Assembly (NCBI GenBank): GCA_051294905.1
Contig: CM119382.1
Coordinates: forward strand, 3,286,001 to 3,350,000
Origin: Botryllus schlosseri
Lineage: Eukaryota
Length of the DNA stretch: 64,000 nt
Direction: 5' to 3'
In this document: positions 48,301 to 64,000 of the stretch, one piece after another
Layout: every line of letters starts with the position of its first letter
Numbering within the stretch: position 1 is the stretch's first letter
Translations under genes and position numbers: made by a program
The notes under the pieces: generated by a model
What the model was told of the DNA's origin: nothing
The model's input: only the letters and a program-made list of their open reading frames with translations
Databases searched by the model: none

Positions 48301-49293
48301 TTTTGTTATCAAAACAGTAGAGTGACGCAAACGCAGGTCCCGCCATGACATATTGGTCGACTTTCGAAACGAAGCACTAGAAAATTGCACAAGCAGTCAC
48401 CAATATCGCACAAGTTTCCATCAAGGAATGTGTCAATCTTTTCGATACAGCGGAATTAGATATAGAACATTGCATTGAATGCATGGTTTTCAAGTAAACA
48501 TTACAGTATCCTTCTTAATCGTAGTAGAATTTCCCCAGCCATCTATGACTTAGCATACCGGCATACCAAACATGCTGGAACGTGGCTCACACGACACATA
48601 CGAATTGGTGTTTGCTGCCACCTTCCGTCAAGACTGTTGATCCAATATTTCCGAAACGTATCCAGTATCCACGGAGGCTTTAGGGGGCTGGTCAAAATCG
48701 AGTACCTGAGTGATTCTGTATCGAGTATTAGGATTCGAGTATCACTGATTATTATCACGCCGCAATGATGCAAGTTCAATTATGTACCTTTTATGTGACC
48801 ACAAAGAATACCATACCAGCTCTACATCTCATAAAAGATTACTTGGCATTTTTTCATCCGTACCTAATTCATGGCACTTTGTGGCAATAGTGTGGACTGA
48901 TCATGACTTCACAGATGTTTCATTTCCGGTAATGCGTAAAGCTTTGTAGGCTACTGCATGTTTCGTATGCCATGCGATACGAACAATCGTGGTTTACAGC
49001 TGTGCACAGTGTGAAATCGTAACGAACTATAATCCACGTTGATAAATGAACTCTTAGCGGCCAGGATCGGGTAATCTCAGTAATAGTACAAATAATATTT
49101 CACTGGACTAGACTCAAATCATTAGAATTCATACTTGAATGTATACTCGAACCATATTGCGCAGCTCTATTTTTAAGTAGGCCTACGTCAGTTGTATAAT
49201 CCATCCATTCATAATGAAGTTCACTCGGAATAATTGATTACATTATGATATGACACCAATCATTACTGAATGAAAATATTACATCGACTAGAC

Positions 49294-49964
49294 CAGGGGT
49301 CGCCAACTCAAAACGGATCGTCGCGGGCCGCTAGGCCACGGGCCGCATGAACTCAATATCGAGATAAAATAGGCCACACAGTCTTGCAACCACGTCTTTA
49401 AAACTTCAAATCAGTACAACGCTAACATGGGCCACGGGCAATCGGGCATAGTTATTTTATTAAAGAAATACAAATCCAACAAAATTATCATGATCATCAC
49501 GTTCATTCTATTTTAAAGTATTAACTGCGTACGATACCTGACAACCAATATGGGTGACTAAAGAATCGACATTAGGGTTAGCTAGACGCGGTACTTTCTG
49601 GAAAACTATCTCCGCGTAACGTAGGCCTAAAGCTTGCACTTCTAGAAAAGCACCAAGCCGTTTTCTGCGCGTCTCGGTCTTGGCAGTGTCTGGGCCATTG
49701 CACGTCAAGGAAATATGCCCATGCCCATTCATATCAGCTAATTCCTCCTTCATAGAATGCTATTACCATCGCAAAAGTCGTATCAGATGGCGAGGAATAG
49801 TTATGCTGGGCAAAAATAGCTTATTTGGAACAGCAATTCTAATATTTTTGAACTGAAATCAGTTTCAGTATTTTAAAATGCTTTACTAAGCTTTCTGCCG
49901 AAATCTCAAATCAGATCGCGAGCCGCAAAGTATGACCTCGCGGGCCGTGTGTTGGTGACCTCTA
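49294..49964 (-). mobile_element. Charlie/SPIN-type hAT deletion derivative
   Basis: TIR CAGGGGTCGCCAAC / GTTGGTGACCTCTA, subterminal GCGGGCCGC motifs, TSD-like GACTAGAC / GTTTAGAC; internal PNVDSLV..CQVS resembles a Charlie transposase C-terminus. Confidence 0.75.
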
Positions 49965-51574
49965 GTTTAGACCCGGGAGGGTGTCTGATTTTAAAGACTA
50001 TACTCCAAGTCGTTTCGAAACCTTCCTATCTTTTCATTGCATCGAGATCTTGTGGCATTTTTGAATGATAAATTTGTTAACAATAAACTCAACTTTGAAC
50101 ACATAAATATACACACTGATCCTTCTCTGACAATAACATTGTCGCGCTGGACAAGCTAAAGAGTTATAACTTCACAAAATCGGTTAAAGTCAACCCTACA
50201 ATGGGGAAAATCGCTGTTATAAATATAGTAGCTTGATAATAAGAATTTATTTCAGCGCAGGCACGGTCGGTTACTGTAATCCTCCTAGAAAGTTTGACTC
50301 ACTGTAGTGGTAAGATCGCTATCCCGCTGGGTGGTACAGATTGATACAATCGAATCGGGCAAAATACACACCGATTGTGTTTCTATGTTTGGATAAATTA
50401 TGACAGATATTGATAATATTTGCCTATTTAATACTATTATCTAACCAAAGGGACCGATTTTCTCGGGTCTCAGCTTGTAATCATAACACGAATGATGGTC
50501 TTTTCGAAACCAGATGTTCTAGGTTGGTTTCCAACTCAGGAAAGGCTAACTTATCGGTTGACAGCAATCTCAGTAAAGCGTTTACATTTACAACATAGGC
50601 CTACGTATGGGCAGTAGTGTGATTGGAACAAAACGAAGTACTTACACTTTTTGGAGTATTCAAGCAGATTAGCATGCTTGCACTATTTACACACGTGCTT
50701 ATTTGTATAGACTCACGATTTGAATGTACAACACTTCAATATAAAATCGAATAGCACATTCATATTGGAATAAACCCGACTATTTTCGGTTGATACTCGT
50801 CAGGGGTAATTGTCAGCAACTATTTGGGTATGTTTTTACTACTTCTCCTTCTACTTACAGCAAAACCACTTACTTTTTAATCTTCGAATTTTGTAAATGT
50901 AAAGTAGTCTTGGCATATATTTCACCAACTTTATACTTGAAATTGTGAAAACGACCGGGAGAAATAGTCCCTGTATCACGCTAACGGAATATATTTTCGA
51001 AAATTGCACCAATTTTAAGTGGAATTAGCTCTGGTGTTCTGGGAATCAATACTTCTATGCTTGTGCTTGAGCAAAAATCTAAGACGTTATTTCTGCTTGA
51101 ATCCATAAAGAGCGTCGGGGGGAATCACTCAAAAAAGTTGCCGGGAAAAATTTTGCCAAAATTAGTTTAAAAAATCATTAAATCCAATGAAAGTCAAAAA
51201 ACGTGGACTAATTTCCGCCAAATTTTCACCGAAGTTGAGATCTTTACCCAAGCACCAGAAAGAATGCATCATTAGTTTTAAAGATATGGGCGCATAACTG
51301 GTTTTCTACTTCGAAGGATAGCCTATCCCCTTGAGCATCAACGGTGGCAACTTTGACCACGTCTCCATTGCAAATATAAATGCACTGCAGAATTTAACGT
51401 AAGTCGTTGTGTGAAATTCACTACGATTCAAGATTTTGATTGGAGGCCTGAGTCAACTGATTGACGGCTCCTTCTAAACTAATACCTCTGCAGGGACGTA
51501 TCATATGTTTTCATGCAAATAAACAGATCAGTTTCTGTGTGTAGATTTAAAAATTGGAATTATAGCGTGTATAG

Positions 51575-51998
51575 CAGACTTGGACATCCAGAAAATTTTC
51601 GGCTTTTCTATGAAATTAGATTAGAATTGGAATTATAGGTATACAGTTTTTTTTTTAATAAATAAGACTAGAATTAGAATTATAGCTACATGTTTGTCTA
51701 ACTTAGATTAGAATTAGAAATACTGAATTCGCGAAAACTTGGAAATTGGATAAGTTCAGCTCGTATCAAATCAGAATACATTCCAATAAGCATGATAATG
51801 ACAAATGTCTGTACAACAAGCTTTCATACTGTACTGTACAGTTCTCCTGAAGCATTTCTGGGAAACCCGAAATTTATAGATTCAAATTTAAAATTAGAGC
51901 ATTCAGACATCTCACGAATTAGATTAGAATCAGATTGCCGGCATTTTTATCGAATTAGTTTAATTCGACAATTAGAATCACCTCGTTGTCCAAGTATG
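51575..51998 (+). mobile_element. AATTAG-minisatellite MITE family, full-length representative
   Basis: TIR CAGACTTGGACA / TGTCCAAGT with internal (AG)ATTAGAATT repeats. Other copies at ~3845-4236, 7261-7547, 8030-8300, 16344-17266, 21390-22030, 23845-24300, 39320-39800, 46720-47048, 48030-48190, 62822-63406. Confidence 0.8.
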
Positions 51999-54419
51999 GA
52001 AGCGAGTAATCAAAAAATGTCGTGAGTGGTATACACAAGCCACGAGTGTTGAGAAATATGTTTGAAAAAACGTTACCCCAGCATTTTCATCATTTTTCTA
52101 GTCACAACGATCAGTCAGCAAACAAGCGACTTCCATGTCGATTTTCCCGCCCGGCCTAAAACAGCGACAGTCAACCTAAGCCGTGTTTTGCGGTCATATT
52201 TGACAGGCCGGATGGGATGTTTTGGGATTACGAATCAAAGCAAAAAATATTTGACGATAAACCACATTACATATCCTCCTAAAATACGACCAAATACTTT
52301 CATAAAGGTATACCTCAAAAACGTGTCGATAGGGAATCCTCAAGATCTGTTTTTCATACAAAAGGTGAGTAGACACATTTCCTATCGACTTGACAATAAT
52401 TGATACTAATGTTCAGAGGTGGTCTGAAACAAAATACTTTTATTTCAACTTCTACTTCGAGTAGGATTTGCGTTCTTGCTCTGTTTGCGCAAGTGGTTAA
52501 GTGGTTAATACTTCTACTCGACAATTTTCTATGAAAAAAATAGGCCTAGAATACTTACTTTTAGACCTAATTAAAAGCATCTACTTCTACTTCTACTTAA
52601 CTGCCACCGATAGCTATACTCCGGCCGCCTCTGCTGATGCCAAGGAATTGGAACGCCACATTACCATATACAAATACTATATTTTGCCTAGTACAAAACT
52701 ACGATATTTTTATCGCACCGTACGTTTTCCGTACTTCTTGCTGAGGATTCGGAAGTGTCAATCAGTATGATAACGGAGTTACGTTTATTGCATTAACAAT
52801 ATATTCTACATTGTGTTGCGGATTGCTTTATTCCTTAAATCATGGCGCTGGTTCACCAGAGCGATGAGGTATTAGGCGCCCATCTGCAAGTTTGAATATT
52901 ATTAATTTTATTCCATATTACTGAGATATTTTATGATATTGTACTTTTACGTTATACGACAAAATGTCGTGATGATACGGATTACGACAATTTCGTCGCA
53001 CCGTACCGCGATTGTCTCATAACATATCGCCAGATGCCTGTTGTACTGATATACACTAAGGACGGTTGTTATTCATTTTGTAGCGGCGTTTGGACTATGA
53101 TGTTGTTACAATATCAATATGATGGATCTAATTCTTCTTCCGATGACATTTAGCACACCACATCACATCGCATCAGGAGCTTAAGACTCCTTAACCCTAT
53201 ATAGGTAATATAGGTATTCTTCAACACATGGGGACACAATGGGCAGTCAGTCAGACTGCAGCCCGCAACCAATTGCTATTCCCACCAAGCTACACATATC
53301 TGACCTAAACGCATGAAGATTAAAGCGCGGGTTTGCGTAGCCTACATAGGGATTTAGCAATACCACGCATGACATAGACAAGGTTGTATATAATCTTACG
53401 TTCTGAATTTGATCCACAACTCACCAGTTACATCAAAGTCGAGGCATATTTCTTGTACGCGAAACTAGATATGATCAGTACTGAATCTCGCCAGGAACAT
53501 AGGCCTACAATGTAGGCCCTACATAGCTGCAACTCACTCGATCGCACCCATCGGTCTGGGGATGGTGAATCGGCTGAGAACGCGGTTTGTAATAATCACG
53601 TAATAAGCCCTGATAGTCTTACTATTGAAGTTCGTCCAACATCAGACAAAGATGTCATATTCTTAAAATCGTAAATTAATAAATCGTTCTTAGCGCAGTT
53701 AGCGCTGATTATTGGTCCAATTGTATCTTAACTTTTCCAAGGCGAATGGGCTTGGCTAAAACGGAATATTGTTTTGTGGAACACTGGATAACAACCATTG
53801 GCCTGGATCTAGAACATGTAAACAAGAGGTATGTGCTTGTGTATTGGAAAGCAAAAGAAAATAATATAAAGGACAAACGAGGAAAATGGCTGTCTCGACG
53901 TGTGTCGATCTGTGATATAGTATAATTACATCATTTGGCTGCATAAAATATTTCATTTCGGGGTATCCCATATCACATTCCGCACATATGCCATATCACA
54001 TATCTGTTTATTTCTTCAACAATCTTGTATAAGAAGAGAAAATGTTGACATTCCGGCTCAATAAGCCTTAAATCAAGATGCTTGCACATTTTGCGAATTT
54101 CATTATATATCATATCATCAGCGACATATAGCAATCGCTAACTTCATATATACAGCGACCATTTGTTTCAAGTTGAAATCCGTTGACGTCACGCGACCAC
54201 GTTTTATCTGTGTCCGAAACAAGTTAATCCGATTCTATCCTCCAGACGGTATGGTCGCGAATGCGCGATTGCAATCGCTTGAAAATGATAACGCTAATCT
54301 GTTATCTAGGTCATGTTTGCAGTGGGCAGATACATCGATTTTGAGAAGGATATCTCCGACGGGATTTAGAGCGAGATGCAATCAGGTTTAGCGATGATGC
54401 AAGGACACGCGAAGCTCCG

Positions 54420-54990
54420 ACTGGTACAAACTATATACTGAATTTTCAAAACGCGCAACTCTAGAACTGCTCACTTTTCAAAATATACAACTAGAACTAT
54501 ACTCCCTTTTCAAAACTCGCAACTAGAACTAGAACTAGAACTACCCACTGTTCAAAATCCGCAACTAAAACTACTCACTTTTGCAAATTTCTTCAAATAT
54601 CCGCACTAACAAACCAAAGCACAACTAGCTAGATTCGATTTCGAAACAACTCATTTAAGCTTTATTGTATCGGAATCGAAGCAGCATTCCACATGAGGAT
54701 CAGTACAGGGCGGGGTTTCGACCGCCGAAAACGTGGCTACGCTATCGGTGCCTGCGATAACTTATCGTAAGCCCCTATACGCTACCCATAGCATATGGTG
54801 ATAACTCTGGGATAGCAATGGCCACGCGAACATCACCCAACAGAACACCGAAAAGACGATTTACGCCAAATGACGACACGTGTTTTTTAGTTGTTCAACA
54901 GCTAATTGATTTTTCAAATGCGTAACCAGAAGTATTCATTTTTCAAAAACCCCAACTAGAAGAAAAACTACTAGCAATACCCCGTAGTTA
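54420..54990 (+). repeat. Composite repeat with ACTAGA hexamer runs, second copy at ~26290-26640
   Basis: Both have CAACTAGAACTAGAACTA runs followed by a GGGGT.TCGAC..CGA segment and ACATCAC.CAACAGAACACCG. Confidence 0.65.
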
Positions 54991-56339
54991 ATTGACCGTA
55001 TTCTAACGGTAGTTTGTACAAATTTGACGAAGCCCCATTTATCAAATTAATTTACGCACCCCAAGTTTTAGTTTACTGCAGAACGGATTAATTTAATGAC
55101 CTTCGTAAATTCTTAGCATCCTCGGCATGTCGAAAATATTTGTAGTTGTAACGCAAGCATGGCCTACTAAAAACATCGCCATGAATGTAAGTCATCATAA
55201 ATAAATTTAAGTACTCCATTCCTGCTGTTCACAGCATGAACGCCGGTCCATGGCATCAACATTGCGATGTCAGACCTACCCAGTAATTCGTTCAGTGTAA
55301 CGCCTCTATTGTAGAATCTTGCACACCTGACCAATATAATGTCGATCTCATGCACCAGGCGGCAGTAGAAGAGCACCAAAAATTCCTCATACCAACCAGC
55401 CATGGCCTAAAGCTTCCGAGTCGCGATATCTTAAATGAAATTAGGGTAACGTAATTCATTTATTAAAATGAAACAAGAAGACATTTCATTCGGTGTCCAC
55501 AGTGAAAAATCATAGCCAACCGACGTAATATAGGCACGTAAAAAAGGTAACAAAGAAACAAAAAGGGCGATCGACATGTTCCGTGGAAATAGGACGAATT
55601 AGCGTTTCTAAAGAATAGAAACATATCTGCATAAGATATCCATATCGAACTAACACGCATAATATTTTCGGCTGACACTCGTCAAGACTAATCTTCAGCA
55701 GCATTGGAAAAAACTTAGTAAATAAACAATCGTACCACCAAATGTGACTTCACAGGTGATACGATTGCTAATATACAATGTTATTTCCAATTCTCCACTA
55801 TACAATTGAATAATATATTGAAGTCAGTCGAAAATAGTCGGCTTCATTTCAATATGAATATAGATTTATAACACACCACATGGTCAACTGATGGAATTAA
55901 TTTAGCTTGAAGTCACTAGATAATAATCATTTCATAACGAGTTCATATTATCAGTATTGCCAAAATGGAGTCTCCAGTGATAACGTGATCAAAAGTATCG
56001 TCTTTTGACTGAGCATGAAATGAAGAACGGAGTAGAGTAGGTCATCAAAACGCAATGCATATAGACTATATTCTACGGGTTTCAATATGGCTGACGCAGA
56101 TAGGCAAAAACCAATATCTCATCTCTGAAAATGTAAGATTCTCTAAAATTGTAACACGCGAATTCACCACACTCTAAATCCAAGTCGTGCAGTTACAAAC
56201 CACATTTCAACATAATTTATGTGTTAGCCAATATTGTGCGTATCAATGCTCTATGTGGTATCTAAATCAACGTTTAGAATGACATACCATATTATGCATT
56301 GACAAACAAGATTGGCGTTACCAACCACCTCTCTAGGCT

Positions 56340-63721
<7,382 letters not shown>

Positions 63722-64000
63722 CTGAATCGATATTGCTCAATTTAAAATACAGCCTCCACACTGTAAACGAAAAACTAGGGTTCAAACAAGGTTCAGAGTC
63801 GCAAGTCAATCTCACTTTTGTAGTTTTGACTAGACTCATGTCAAATCTGAGCCCAAGTCAGGCAGCTGAGTGTCGCGTCCGACTCATATTGTCGGGCCTC
63901 AGAGTCCGAGTCCAAGTCATAGTGTTTACTAGGGATGGTGTGAACGTGAGGTTCACGTTCGCGTTCTGTGTGTGAACCTCGGAAATTTAGAGGTTCGCGT

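Noticed and set aside
48543-48779. ORF with a PPW motif suggestive of an I/R1-clade LINE pre-RNase H region
   Set aside because: No accompanying RT or RNase H motifs visible.
52830-52875. Hairpin ATGGCGC...GCGCCAT with a box-C-like GCGATGA
   Set aside because: No matching box D at a suitable position and the stem is too short for a pre-miRNA.

Overview
AT-rich animal genomic DNA with GT-AG introns, no prokaryotic features. It is probably an invertebrate chordate, inferred from an olfactomedin-containing latrophilin with short introns. (1) A near-complete latrophilin/ADGRL adhesion GPCR gene lies on the minus strand (4384-~23689). I rebuilt 20 well-supported, phase-compatible exons plus a candidate signal-peptide exon by hand, giving 4488 nt and 1495 aa: RBL lectin, olfactomedin, S/T/P linker, HRM, GAIN/GPS, 7TM, long tail ending VTGL. 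A further 168-nt cassette-like tail exon encodes a 3x14-aa repeat and would create a stop codon at the splice junction. (2) The 3' half of a second, diverged latrophilin-like paralog lies upstream in tandem (56340-63721, minus, continuing past the window end). Three of its 7TM exons have exactly the same lengths as in gene 1, but several class-B2 signalling motifs are eroded. (3) One intron of the paralog holds an antisense array of 11 tRNA-Thr(AGT) genes/pseudogenes with a ~150-bp period and a B-A-A' higher-order pattern; the first copy is cut by a CR1/L2-type LINE 3' end. (4) The ~33-kb stretch between the genes and the introns carry many non-autonomous DNA transposons: hAT MITEs with 8-bp TSDs, a Charlie-type remnant, a 2.07-kb CACTG element nested in a MITE, and an AATTAG-minisatellite MITE. 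All gene models are manual predictions from splice signals, frame and remembered family motifs; no database search or RNA evidence was available.
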